From contig OZ024748.1 of assembly GCA_964016885.1 (NCBI GenBank), positions 17,546,001-17,610,000 on the forward strand: a stretch of DNA of 64,000 nt. The letters are read 5' to 3'. Under the pieces are notes generated by a model. It did not search any database, was not told where the DNA came from, and saw only the letters and a program-made list of their open reading frames with translations. The position numbers and the translations under genes are program-made. Of the stretch, positions 28,501 to 41,961 are shown one piece after another; position 1 is the stretch's first letter, and every line of letters begins with the position of its first letter. This DNA is from Eledone cirrhosa. Taxonomy: Eukaryota.

Positions 28501-31500
28501 TGTTCGAAGGCTTAAATACACTGTATATTTTAAAGAAGTGTTCCAGGTCTTAAATACACTGTATATTTTAAAGAAGTGTTCGAAGGCTTAAATACACTGT
28601 ATATTTTAAAGAAGTGTTCCAGGTCTTAAATACACTGTATATTTTAAAGAAGTGTTCGAAGGCTTAAATACACTGTATATTTTAAAGAAGTGTTCCAGGT
28701 CTTAAATACACTGTATATTTTAAAGAACTGTTCGAAGGCTTAAATACACTGTATATTTTAAAGAAGTGTTCCAGGGCTTAAATACACTGTGTGTTTTAAA
28801 GAAGTGTTCCAGGGCTTAAATACACTGTATATATTAAAGAAGTGCTCCAAGGCTTAAATACACTGTATATTTTAAAGAAGTGTTCCAGGGCTTAAATACA
28901 CTGTGTGTTTTAAAGAAGTGTTCCAGGGCTTAAATACACTGTATATTTTAAAGAAGTGTTCCAGGGCTTAAATACACTGTATATATTAAAGAAGTGTTCC
29001 AGAGCTTAAATACACTGTATATTTTAAAGAAGTGTTCCAAGGCTTAAATACACTGTATATTTTAAAGAAGTGTTCCAGGGCTTAAATACACTGTATATTT
29101 TAAAGAAGTGTTCGAAGGCTTAAATACACTGTATATTTTAAAGAAGTGTTCCAGGTCTTAAATACACTGTATATTTTAAAGAAGTGTTCGAAGGCTTAAA
29201 TACACTGTATATTTTAAAGAAGTGTTCCAGGGCTTAAATACACTGTATATTTTAAAGAAGTGTTCCAGGTCTTAAATACACTGTATATTTTAAAGAAGTG
29301 TTCGAAGGCTTAAATACACTGTATATTTTAAAGAAGTGTTCCAGGGCTTAACTACACTGTATATTTTAAAGAAGTGTTCGAAGGCTTAAATACACTGTAT
29401 ATTTTAAAGAAGTGTTCCAGGTCTTAAATACACTGTATATTTTAAAGAAGTGTTCGAAGGCTTAAATACACTGTATATTTTAAAGAAGTGTTCCAGGTCT
29501 TAAATACACTGTATATTTTAAAGAAGTGTTCGAAGGCTTAAATACACTGTATATTTTAAAGAAGTGTTCCCGGGCTTAAATACACTGTATATTTTAAAGA
29601 AGTGTTCCAGCGCTTAAATACACTGTATATTTTAAAGAAGTGTTCCAGGTCTTAAATACACTGTATATTTTAAAGAAGTGTTCCAGGGCTTAAATACACT
29701 GTATATTTTAAAGAAGTGTTCCAGGGCTTAAATACACTGTATATTTTAAAGAAGTGTTCGAAGGCTTAAATACACTGTATATTTTAAAGAAGTGTTCCAG
29801 GTCTTAAATACGCTGTATATTTTAAAGAAGTGTTCGAAGGCTTAAATACACTGTATAGTTTAAAGAAGTGTTCCAGGGTTTAAATACACTGTGTGTTTTA
29901 AAGAAGTGTTCCAGGGCTTAAATACACTGTATATATTAAAGAAGTGCTCCAAGGCTTAAATACACTGTATATTTTAAAGAAGTGTTCCAGGGCTTAAATA
30001 CACTGTATATTTTAAAGAAGTGTTCGAAGGCTTAAATACACTGTATATATTAAAGAATTGTTCCAGAGCTTAAAGACACTGTATATTTTAAAGAAGTGTT
30101 CCAGGGCTTAAATACACTGTATATTTTAAAAAATTGTTCCAGGGCTTAAATACGCTGTATATTTTAAAGAAGTGTTCCAGGGCTTAAATACACTGTGTGT
30201 TTTAAAGAAGTGTTCCAGGGCTTAAATACACTGTGTGTTTTAAAGAAGTGTTCCAGGTCTTAAATACACTGTATATTTGAAAGAAGTGTTCCAGGGCTTA
30301 AATACACTGTATATTTGAAAGAAGTGTTCCAGGGCTTAAATACACTGTATATATTAAAGAAGTGTTCCAGAGCTTAAATACACTGTATATTTTAAAGAAG
30401 TGTTCCAAGGCTTAAATACACTGTATATTTTAAAGAAGTGTTCCAGGGCTTAAATACACTGTATATTTTAAAGAAGTGTTCGAAGGCTTAAATACACTGT
30501 ATATTTTAAAGAAGTGTTCCAGGGCTTAAATACACTGTATATTTTAAAGAAGTGTTCCAAGGCTTAAATACACTGTATATTTTAAAGAAGTGTTCCAGGG
30601 CTTAAATACACTGTATATATTAAAGAAGTGTTCCAGAGCTTAAATACACTGTATATTTTAAAGAAGTGTTCCAAGGCTTAAATACACTGTATATTTTAAA
30701 GAAGTGTTCCAGGGCTTAAATACACTGTATATTTTAAAGAAGTGTTCGAAGGCTTAAATACACTGTATATTTTAAAGAAGTGTTCCAGGTCTTAAATACA
30801 CTGTATATTTTAAAGAAGTGTTCGAAGGCTTAAATACACTGTATATTTTAAAGAAGTGTTCCAGGGCTTAAATACACTGTATATTTTAAAGAAGTGTTCC
30901 AGGTCTTAAATACACTGTATATTTTAAAGAAGTGTTCGAAGGCTTAAATACACTGTATATTTTAAAGAAGTGTTCCAGGGCTTAACTACACTATATATTT
31001 TAAAGAAGTGTTCGAAGGCTTAAATACACTGTATATTTTAAAGAAGTGTTCCAGGTCTTAAATACACTGTATATTTTAAAGAAGTGTTCGAAGGCTTAAA
31101 TACACTGTATATTTTAAAGAAGTGTTCCCGGGCTTAAATACACTGTATATTTTAAAGAAGTGTTCCAGCGCTTAAATACACTGTATATTTTAAAGAAGTG
31201 TTCGAAGGCTTAAATACACTGTATATTTTAAAGAAGTGTTCCAGGGCTTAAATACACTGTATATTTTAAAGAAGTGTTCCAAGGCTTAAATACACTGTAT
31301 ATTTTAAAGAAGTGTTCGAAGGCTTAAATACACTGTATATTTTAAAGAAGTGTTCCAGGTCTTAAATACGCTGTATATTTTAAAGAAGTGTTCGAAGGCT
31401 TAAATACACTGTATAGTTTAAAGAAGTGTTCCAGGGCTTAAATACACTGTGTGTTTTAAAGAAGTGTTCCAGGGCTTAAATACACTGTATATATTAAAGA

Positions 31501-34500
31501 AGTGCTCCAAGGCTTAAATACACTGTATATTTTAAAGAAGTGTTCCAGGGCTTAAATACACTGTATATTTTAAAGAAGTGTTCGAAGGCTTAAATACACT
31601 GTATATATTAAAGAATTGTTCCAGAGCTTAAAGACACTGTATATTTTAAAGAAGTGTTCCAGGGCTTAAATACACTGTATATTTTAAAAAATTGTTCCAG
31701 GGCTTAAATACGCTGTATATTTTAAAGAAGTGTTCCAGGGCTTAAATACACTGTGTGTTTTAAAGAAGTGTTCCAGGGCTTAAATACACTGTGTGTTTTA
31801 AAGAAGTGTTCCAGGTCTTAAATACACTGTATATTTGAAAGAAGTGTTCCAGGGCTTAAATACACTGTATATTTGAAAGAAGTGTTCCAGGGCTTAAATA
31901 CACTGTATATATTAAAGAAGTGTTCCAGAGCTTAAATACACTGTATATTTTAAAGAAGTGTTCCAAGGCTTAAATACACTGTATATTTTAAAGAAGTGTT
32001 CCAGGGCTTAAATACACTGTATATTTTAAAGAAGTGTTCGAAGGCTTAAATACACTGTATATTTTAAAGAAGTGTTCCAGGTCTTAAACACACTGTATAT
32101 TTTAAAAAGTGTTCGAAGGCTTAAATACACTGTATATTTTAAAGAAGTGTTCCAGGTCTTAAATACACTGTATATTTTAAAGAAGTGTTCGAAGGCTTAA
32201 ATACACTGTATATTTTAAAGAAGTGTTCCAGGGCTTAAATACACTGTGTGTTTTAAAGAAGTGTTCCAGGGCTTAAATACACTGTATATATTAAAGAAGT
32301 GCTCCAAGGCTTAAATACACTGTATATTTTAAAGAAGTGTTCCAGGGCTTAAATACACTGTGTGTTTTAAAGAAGTGTTCCAGGGCTTAAATACACTGTA
32401 TATTTTAAAGAAGTGTTCCAGGGCTTAAATACACTGTATATATTAAAGAAGTGTTCCAGAGCTTAAATACACTGTATATTTTAAAGAAGTGTTCCAAGGC
32501 TTAAATACACTGTATATTTTAAAGAAGTGTTCCAGGGCTTAAATACACTGTATATTTTAAAGAAGTGTTCGAAGGCTTAAATACACTGTATATTTTAAAG
32601 AAGTGTTCCAGGTCTTAAATACACTGTATATTTTAAAGAAGTGTTCGAAGGCTTAAATACACTGTATATTTTAAAGAAGTGTTCCAGGTCTTAAATACAC
32701 TGTATATTTTAAAGAAGTGTTCCAGGGCTTAAATACACTGTATATTTTAAAGAAGTGTTCCAGGTCTTAAATACACTGTATATTTTAAAGAAGTGTTCGA
32801 AGGCTTAAATACTCTGTATATTTTAAAGAAGTGTTCCAGGGCTTAAATACACTGTATATTTTAAAGAAGTGTTCGAAGGCTTAAATACACTGTATATTTT
32901 AAAGAAGTGTTCCAGGTCTTAAATACACTGTATATTTTAAAGAAGTGTTCCAGGTCTTAAATACACTGTATATTTTAAAGAAGTGTTCGAAGGCTTAAAT
33001 ACACTGTATATTTTAAAGAAGTGTTCCAGGTCTTAAATACACTGTATATTTTAAAGAAGTGTTCGAAGGCTTAAATACACTGTATATTTTAAAGAAGTGT
33101 TCCAGGTCTTAAATACACTGTATATTTTAAAGAACTGTTCGAAGGCTTAAATACACTGTATATTTTAAAGAAGTGTTCCAGGGCTTAAATACACTGTGTG
33201 TTTTAAAGAAGTGTTCCAGGGCTTAAATACACTGTATATATTAAAGAAGTGCTCCAAGGCTTAAATACACTGTATATTTTAAAGAAGTGTTCCAGGGCTT
33301 AAATACACTGTGTGTTTTAAAGAAGTGTTCCAGGGCTTAAATACACTGTATATTTTAAAGAAGTGTTCCAGGGCTTAAATACACTGTATATATTAAAGAA
33401 GTGTTCCAGAGCTTAAATACACTGTATATTTTAAAGAAGTGTTCCAAGGCTTAAATACACTGTATATTTTAAAGAAGTGTTCCAGGGCTTAAATACACTG
33501 TATATTTTAAAGAAGTGTTCGAAGGCTTAAATACACTGTATATTTTAAAGAAGTGTTCCAGGTCTTAAATACACTGTATATTTTAAAGAAGTGTTCGAAG
33601 GCTTAAATACACTGTATATTTTAAAGAAGTGTTCCAGGGCTTAAATACACTGTATATTTTAAAGAAGTGTTCCAGGTCTTAAATACACTGTATATTTTAA
33701 AGAAGTGTTCGAAGGCTTAAATACACTGTATATTTTAAAGAAGTGTTCCAGGGCTTAACTACACTGTATATTTTAAAGAAGTGTTCGAAGGCTTAAATAC
33801 ACTGTATATTTTAAAGAAGTGTTCCAGGTCTTAAATACACTGTATATTTTAAAGAAGTGTTCGAAGGCTTAAATACACTGTATATTTTAAAGAAGTGTTC
33901 CAGGTCTTAAATACACTGTATATTTTAAAGAAGTGTTCGAAGGCTTAAATACACTGTATATTTTAAAGAAGTGTTCCCGGGCTTAAATACACTGTATATT
34001 TTAAAGAAGTGTTCCAGCGCTTAAATACACTGTATATTTTAAAGAAGTGTTCCAGGTCTTAAATACACTGTATATTTTAAAGAAGTGTTCCAGGGCTTAA
34101 ATACACTGTATATTTTAAAGAAGTGTTCCAGGGCTTAAATACACTGTATATTTTAAAGAAGTGTTCGAAGGCTTAAATACACTGTATATTTTAAAGAAGT
34201 GTTCCAGGTCTTAAATACGCTGTATATTTTAAAGAAGTGTTCGAAGGCTTAAATACACTGTATAGTTTAAAGAAGTGTTCCAGGGTTTAAATACACTGTG
34301 TGTTTTAAAGAAGTGTTCCAGGGCTTAAATACACTGTATATATTAAAGAAGTGCTCCAAGGCTTAAATACACTGTATATTTTAAAGAAGTGTTCCAGGGC
34401 TTAAATACACTGTATATTTTAAAGAAGTGTTCGAAGGCTTAAATACACTGTATATATTAAAGAATTGTTCCAGAGCTTAAAGACACTGTATATTTTAAAG

Positions 34501-37382
34501 AAGTGTTCCAGGGCTTAAATACACTGTATATTTTAAAAAATTGTTCCAGGGCTTAAATACGCTGTATATTTTAAAGAAGTGTTCCAGGGCTTAAATACAC
34601 TGTGTGTTTTAAAGAAGTGTTCCAGGGCTTAAATACACTGTGTGTTTTAAAGAAGTGTTCCAGGTCTTAAATACACTGTATATTTGAAAGAAGTGTTCCA
34701 GGGCTTAAATACACTGTATATTTGAAAGAAGTGTTCCAGGGCTTAAATACACTGTATATATTAAAGAAGTGTTCCAGAGCTTAAATACACTGTATATTTT
34801 AAAGAAGTGTTCCAAGGCTTAAATACACTGTATATTTTAAAGAAGTGTTCCAGGGCTTAAATACACTGTATATTTTAAAGAAGTGTTCGAAGGCTTAAAT
34901 ACACTGTATATTTTAAAGAAGTGTTCCAGGTCTTAAACACACTGTATATTTTAAAAAGTGTTCGAAGGCTTAAATACACTGTATATTTTAAAGAAGTGTT
35001 CCAGGTCTTAAATACACTGTATATTTTAAAGAAGTGTTCGAAGGCTTAAATACACTGTATATTTTAAAGAAGTGTTCCAGGGCTTAAATACACTGTGTGT
35101 TTTAAAGAAGTGTTCCAGGGCTTAAATACACTGTATATATTAAAGAAGTGCTCCAAGGCTTAAATACACTGTATATTTTAAAGAAGTGTTCCAGGGCTTA
35201 AATACACTGTGTGTTTTAAAGAAGTGTTCCAGGGCTTAAATACACTGTATATTTTAAAGAAGTGTTCCAGGGCTTAAATACACTGTATATATTAAAGAAG
35301 TGTTCCAGAGCTTAAATACACTGTATATTTTAAAGAAGTGTTCCAAGGCTTAAATACACTGTATATTTTAAAGAAGTGTTCCAGGGCTTAAATACACTGT
35401 ATATTTTAAAGAAGTGTTCGAAGGCTTAAATACACTGTATATTTTAAAGAAGTGTTCCAGGTCTTAAATACACTGTATATTTTAAAGAAGTGTTCGAAGG
35501 CTTAAATACACTGTATATTTTAAAGAAGTGTTCCAGGTCTTAAATACACTGTATATTTTAAAGAAGTGTTCCAGGGCTTAAATACACTGTATATTTTAAA
35601 GAAGTGTTCCAGGTCTTAAATACACTGTATATTTTAAAGAAGTGTTCGAAGGCTTAAATACTCTGTATATTTTAAAGAAGTGTTCCAGGGCTTAAATACA
35701 CTGTATATTTTAAAGAAGTGTTCGAAGGCTTAAATACACTGTATATTTTAAAGAAGTGTTCCTGGTCTTAAATACACTGTATATTTTAAAGAAGTGTTCG
35801 AAGGCTTAAATACACTGTATATTTTAAAGAAGTGTTCCAGGGCTTAAATACACTGTATATTTTAAAGAAATGTTCCAGCGCTTAAATACACTGTATATTT
35901 TAAAGAAGTCTTCGAAGGCTTAAATACACTGTATATTTTAAAGAAGTGTTCCAGGTCTTAAATACACTGTATATTTTAAAGAAGTGTTCGAAGGCTTAAA
36001 TACACTGTATATTTTAAAGAAGTGTTCCAGGGCTTAAATACACTGTGTGTTTTAAAGAAGTGTTCCAGGGCTTAAATACACTGTATATATTAAAGAAGTG
36101 CTCGAAGGCTTAAATACACTGTATATTTTAAAGAAGTGTTCCAGCGCTTAAATACACTGTATATTTTAAAGAAGTGTTCGAAGGCTTAAATACACTGTAT
36201 ATTTTAAAGAAGTGTTCCAGGGCTTAAATACACTGTATATTTTAAAGAAGTGTTCCAGGGCTTAAATTCACTGTATATTTTAAAGAAGTGTTCGAAGGCT
36301 TAAATACACTGTATATTTTAAAGAAGTGTTCCAGGTCTTAAATACACTGTATATTTTAAAGAAGTGTTCGAAGGCTTAAATACACTGTATATTTTAAAGA
36401 AGTGTTCCAGGGCTTAAATACACTGTGTGTTTTAAAGAAGTGTTCCAGGGCTTAAATACACTGTATATATTAAAGAAGTGCTCCAAGGCTTAAATACACT
36501 GTATATTTTAAAGAAGTGTTCCAGGGCTTAAATACACTGTGTGTTTTAAAGAAGTGTTCCAGGGCTTAAATACACTGTATATTTTAAAGACGTGTTCCAG
36601 GGCTTAAATACACTGTATATTTTAAAGAAGTGTTCCAGGGCTTAAATACACTGTATATTTTAAAGAAGTGTTCGAAGGCTTAAATACACTGTATATTTTA
36701 AAGAAGTGTTCCAGGTCTTAAATACACTGTATATTTTAAAGAAGTGTTCGAAGGCTTAAATACACTGTATATTTTAAAGAAGTGTTCCATGGCTTAAATA
36801 CACTGTGTGTTTTAAAGAAGTGTTCCAGGGCTTAAATACACTGTATATATTAAAGAAGTGTTCCAGGTCTTAAATACACTGTATATTTTAAAGAAGTGTT
36901 CCAGGGCTTAAATACACTGTATATTTTAAAGAAGTGTTCGAAGGCTTAAATACACTGTATATTTTAAAGAAGTGTTCCAGGTCTTAAATACACTGTATAT
37001 TTTAAAGAAGTGTTCGAAGGCTTAAATACACTGTATATTTTAAAGAAGTGTTCCATGGCTTAAATACACTGTGTGTTTTAAAGAAGTGTTCCAGGTCTTA
37101 AATACACTGTATATATTAAAGAAGTGTTCCAAGGCTTAAATACACTGTATATTTTAAAGAAGTGTTCCAGGGCTTAAATACACTGTGTGTTTTAAAGAAG
37201 TGTTCCAGGGCTTAAATACACTGTATATATTAAAGAAGTGTTCCAGGTCTTAAATACACTGTATATTTTAAAGAAGTGTTCCAGGGCTTAAATACACTGT
37301 ATATATTAAAGATGTGTTCCAGGGTTTAAATACACTGTATATTTTAAAGAACTGTAACTAGGACTAAATACACTGTGTGTTT
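22570..37382. repeat. 38-bp satellite DNA array, ~390 monomers, consensus gaagtgttccagggcttaaatacactgtatattttaaa
   Basis: Uninterrupted head-to-tail monomers; variants at a few fixed positions; rare variants recur at 1672-bp and 4407-bp spacing. Confidence 0.98.
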
Positions 37383-37384
37383 GG

Positions 37385-37810
37385 CAGTGGTAGATGTGGT
37401 GGTCATGGTGGTGTTAACAGGTTATAGTAGAGGTAGTGTTGGTTAGGGCAAGGTGATGGTAGAGGTGGTGGTGGTGATTAGTGAAGCAGAGATGTGATGG
37501 TAGTGGTGGTGTTAGTTGGCGGGTTATAGTAGAGGTAGTCGTGGTTGGGGGGGGTAGATATGGTGGTGATGGTGGTGGTGGTAGATGTGGTTGTGATGCT
37601 GATGGTGGTGATGTAGATGTGGTGGTGGTGCTGGTAGATGTAGTGGTGGTGGCGGTGGTGGTGATGGTAGATCTGGTGGTGGTGGTGGTGGCAGGCAGTA
37701 ATGGGAGTAAGGATGCTGGTGATAGGTGGGGGTGAAGGTAGTAGTGGTGATAGTAATGATAATGATGGTGGTGGGGTGGTGGTGGTCGGTGTAGTTGATA
37801 ATGATGGTAA
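37385..37810. repeat. Degenerate (GGT)n repeat
   Basis: Direct reading. Confidence 0.85.
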
Positions 37811-38082
37811 TACTTATGGCGACTATTTAACATATAGCTTTAGGTTTATAATCTTAATATAATGAAGTAATACAACATATATGACATAAACACACACACA
37901 TAACACACTTACATCCATACATGCATACATATAAATACATACATACATATATACATACATACATATATATATATCTATATATACATGTATATATCCATAT
38001 ATACACATACATGTATATATATATATATACATACATACATGCATACATCTATACATATACATACATACATAGAAATATATAT

Positions 38083-38675
38083 GGTGGCTGCCAACTCGTT
38101 TTCGAGTACGGCCACTACTTTATAACCATGTAGGAGAACCCCTACCGATACGCTGAACGAGTGTGACTTTTTAGTCCAGCCAGCAACTTGAAAACTCTGG
38201 TACAAACACTACACTTGTGACAATTATTGACACATAGTGCTGGGCCCATGGTACCATGTAATGACAAGTGCAGAGAGATCTCCAGATACAAAGCAATGCC
38301 TGTGCCGTGAAGCTTTTATAGTGAGCAAAGGCACTGCACAAAGCCAGTCCCACTCTCTTAACCAAGATGATATTTACCAAAAAGAAGAACAAGTCAACAT
38401 CATTGGATACCATCAGGGTTGCAGGTGTTATATCAGAGTTTTCCTTCTCCTAGAATTCTGCCTTGACAAAGGCTAAGGGGTCATCTCTCCCGGTGATTTT
38501 GGATGGCCATTGACTCTTAAGAGCTCCTTTGCCCTTTGACAGGTTTTGTTTTTAGTCCTGCAGGATGTCCAAAGTCACCCTCCTCACCAAGAAACCTTAG
38601 TGGGGTTGCCAGTTTAGTCGCCAACGACCCGACCATGAGACAGGTTGTACTGGGATACATGTTACCAGTAGCACC
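38083..38675 (-). mobile_element. Apparently full-length ~590-bp bipartite non-autonomous RTE-like retroposon
   Basis: The 5' part resembles RTE 5' UTRs (gggtcgttggcgactaaactggcaacccc, ggagaaggaaaactctg). The 3' part has a C2H2 remnant (CSVCTRV..LAGLKSHTRS, frameshifted). No RT in between; flanked by TA/TACA arrays; second copy at 1-250. Confidence 0.6.
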
Positions 38676-38678
38676 ACA

Positions 38679-38714
<36 letters not shown>

Positions 38715-39445
38715 CATACATATATACATACATACATATATACATACATACATATATACATACATACATATATATATACATATATACATACATATATATA
38801 TATATACATACATATATACATACATATATACATACATATATATATACATACATATATATATACATACATATATATATACATATATACATACATATATATA
38901 CATACATACATACACATACATACATACATATTTACTATACACATATATATATATATATATATATTTACTATACACATAAATATATATATATATATATATA
39001 CACATATATACATACATATATATATATATATACATATATATATACATATATATATACATACATACATATATACATATATATATACATACATATATACATA
39101 CATATATATATATACATATATATATACATACATATATATATACATATATATATACATACATATATATATACATACACATAAATATACATATAAATATACA
39201 TATATATATATATATACATATATATACATATATACATATATATACATACATATATATACATATACATACATATACATACATATATATATATACATACATA
39301 TATATACATATATACCTACATACACATATATATATACATACATACACATATATATATACATACATACACATATACATACATACACATATACATACATACA
39401 CATATACATACATACATACATATATATATATATATTATATATTTA
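38676..39445. repeat. (TACA)n/(TA)n microsatellite
   Basis: Direct reading. Confidence 0.93.
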
Positions 39446-39547
39446 TAAATAAAATTTATTTAACATACATAAACATGGCAGTGCTCCAGCATGGCCTAAG
39501 CCTATTGTCAGGAACATATAATGGAGTATTAGATGAAACATACACAC

Positions 39548-39584
<37 letters not shown>

Positions 39585-39719
39585 AATCAAAGAGGGGATT
39601 CCTTCCATAGCCATCCTTCACAAATGAATTTATATGAAGTAATTATAACTGATTTATATTTCATGAGATAAAAGTGTGAAGCAGACATGATTATAGAAAT
39701 ATATGTATATGCACAGACA

Positions 39720-39758
<39 letters not shown>

Positions 39759-39817
39759 CGTCTAACCCATGCTAGCGTGGAAGATGGACGTTAAATGATG
39801 ATGATGATATATATACA

Positions 39818-40152
39818 ATGATATTAAATGAATGGAAACCACATTTATAAAACCATATCTACTCTATTTTATATATTTCAAGGGCAACCAAGACAACATT
39901 GGTACGCTTTCGTCAGATAAAACACAAAGTTTGCTCTACAAATAGAGACATACCCATGAAAATCAAACCTATCACTATCCAGTGAATTTCCAACCGATAA
40001 GGTATGATTTTCATGGGTATGTCTCCATTTACAAAACAAACCTTGTATTTCATCTGACGAAAGCGCACCAATGTTGTCTTGGTTACCCTCGAAATATATA
40101 AAACAAAACAAATATGGTTTCACAAATACAGCTTCCATTCATTTAACATCAT
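39818..40152. mobile_element. 335-bp palindromic element; each arm carries an HHR-like motif
   Basis: Arms 39818-~39970 and ~40000-40152 are inverted copies; CUGACGA at 40054-60, a stem II, then GAAA-tatata. Confidence 0.8.
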
Positions 40153-40285
40153 AGAATATTTACTCCAGTAATCTGTTGAGTGCTCTAAATCAGTTATAAA
40201 CATTTATATTTGTCGGACTTCCAACAAATTAAATACCACTTCTACTTATATATATATAATCTCATATATATATATACATATATAT

Positions 40286-40581
40286 AAACTCAGAGCTGTA
40301 TGGGAGCATCCCAAAAGTCAGCTCAAAAGTGACACAGAGGAGACTGAGGTTGGCTGGACATGCTCACCGACATCCAGAGTTGACATTGCACTCAGTGCTC
40401 CTTTGGGAGCCCCTACATGGACACACTAGAAGAGGAAGACCAAGGTTAACGTATGTTGATGCCCTAAGGACAGACACTGGTCTGTTGGAGACGCAGGACA
40501 TGGCAGCGATAATGAGGGACAGAGACCGCTGGAGAGAACTCGTCCATGGATCTCGGGAATTTTACCCGCCTTAGATAGATA
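40286..40581 (+). mobile_element. 3' fragment of RTE/RTEX-type LINE
   Basis: [49 protein letters not shown]; same family as 5294-5701. Confidence 0.88.
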
Positions 40582-40672
40582 TATATATAATAGTAGAACA
40601 CTGTTAGGTTATATCCGTAGTAGTAGAGCACTCAGTCCATGGGTGGGACGAGTTTGATAGAAGTTCCACAAC

Positions 40673-40738
40673 AGTTAATTCACCATTTCTGAGAACAATT
40701 GTTTCACTTTAGTCAGATCATCAGCTGCTGAATTAACT
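40673..40738 (-). ncRNA. Degenerate minimal hammerhead motif
   Basis: Minus strand: agttaattcagcag CUGAUGA tctgactaaagt GAAA caattg UU ctc...tgaattaact; palindromic stem III; weak stems I and II. Confidence 0.5.
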
Positions 40739-40749
40739 TCTATATTATG

Positions 40750-40781
<32 letters not shown>

Positions 40782-40782
40782 C

Positions 40783-41096
40783 CATCATCATACGTCTGCT
40801 TTTCCTTGCTTGCAAGGGTGGGACGGGAACTGATTCTGGCTTGATGACCTTCCTAACACCAACCTCATTTACAGTGAGTGCTGGGTGCTTTTTTGCCGTG
40901 GCACCTCCACGTCCACTTTGTAGTGGAATGATAGGGACTCCAGTCCCTATCATCTCATTTCTACAGCTGAGTAAACTGGATCAATGTGAAATAAAGTGTC
41001 TTGCTCAAGGAAACAACACATCACCCTGTCTGAGAATTGAACTCACAACCTTTCGATTGCAAGGCCAATGCTCTAACCACTAAGCCATGCGCCTCC
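40783..41096 (-). mobile_element. tRNA-headed SINE family B with RTE-derived tail
   Basis: Head ggaggcgcatggcttagtggttagagc..gagttcaattc; tail cccttgcaagcaaggaaaagcagacgta(tga)n. Confidence 0.85.
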
Positions 41097-41846
41097 AGAA
41101 TCAGGACGCCGACAGCTGAGCTCCGGCCGTTTCGACAGCTATTCTTTGTTAAATATATATATATTATACACGCACGCACGCACAAACACACACACACACA
41201 CACGCACAGACTAAATATATATACATACATATATACATACATACACATACATGTATATATACATACATACACATACATACACATACATACATATATACAT
41301 ACATACACATACATATACATACATACATAGAAATACCTATACATACATACACATACATATATATATATACATACATAAAAATATACATACATGTATATAT
41401 ACATACATACATACGTACATCTATCTATATATATATATACATACACATATACATACATACACACATACATACATACACACACATATATATACACACACAC
41501 ACACACACAAAGATATATATATGCAGTAAAGAGTTAATCAAGCCAAGTTGAAAAGTGTGTTAACCAATTTTGGTTTGAGCTGCTTTTCGTTATCTCTCCG
41601 CTCAACTGGTTACTATGGAATATACAATATACAGATCTGAATTACAGGATGTATTAGTTAGTGTTTTAAAGATACAATAGCTTCTCTTCTCCCCTTAATT
41701 TGGCATAGGCCTGACTACAGCGCCCCCGCTCTCTAACTCTCCACCCCCACCTCCATCTCAGACTAGATAATTAAATATAGTCATGGTATTTTGAATGATT
41801 TCTCATGTATATTCCCCCAACATAGCTGCTGCTTGTTTAAATTCTA

Positions 41847-41898
41847 TTCCCTGAAGACAACTATGCTTCTATGCTTCTAGTCGAAATATCAATTGGAA
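41847..41898 (+). ncRNA. Degenerate hammerhead motif
   Basis: ttcc CUGAAGA [acta..tagt] GAAA tatcaa UU ggaa. Confidence 0.45.
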
Positions 41899-41961
41899 GT
41901 TTATCTTTTTCTCATTCTTTTATTCTTTTACTGGCTTCTGTGATTAGACTTTGGCCATATA

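Noticed and set aside
22570-37382. CRISPR-like array (38-bp repeat)
   Set aside because: Monomers are contiguous with no unique spacers, there are no cas genes, and the context is eukaryotic. It is not coding either: the unit is not a multiple of 3 and the ORF track shows no ORF.
38590-38675. HDV-like ribozyme at the 5' end of the RTE-derived element
   Set aside because: The nested double pseudoknot could not be completed by eye; L3 does not match the consensus.
41020-41096. tRNA gene (also heads of the other SINE copies)
   Set aside because: A/B boxes are present, but the cloverleaf is imperfect and runs into a repeated SINE body.
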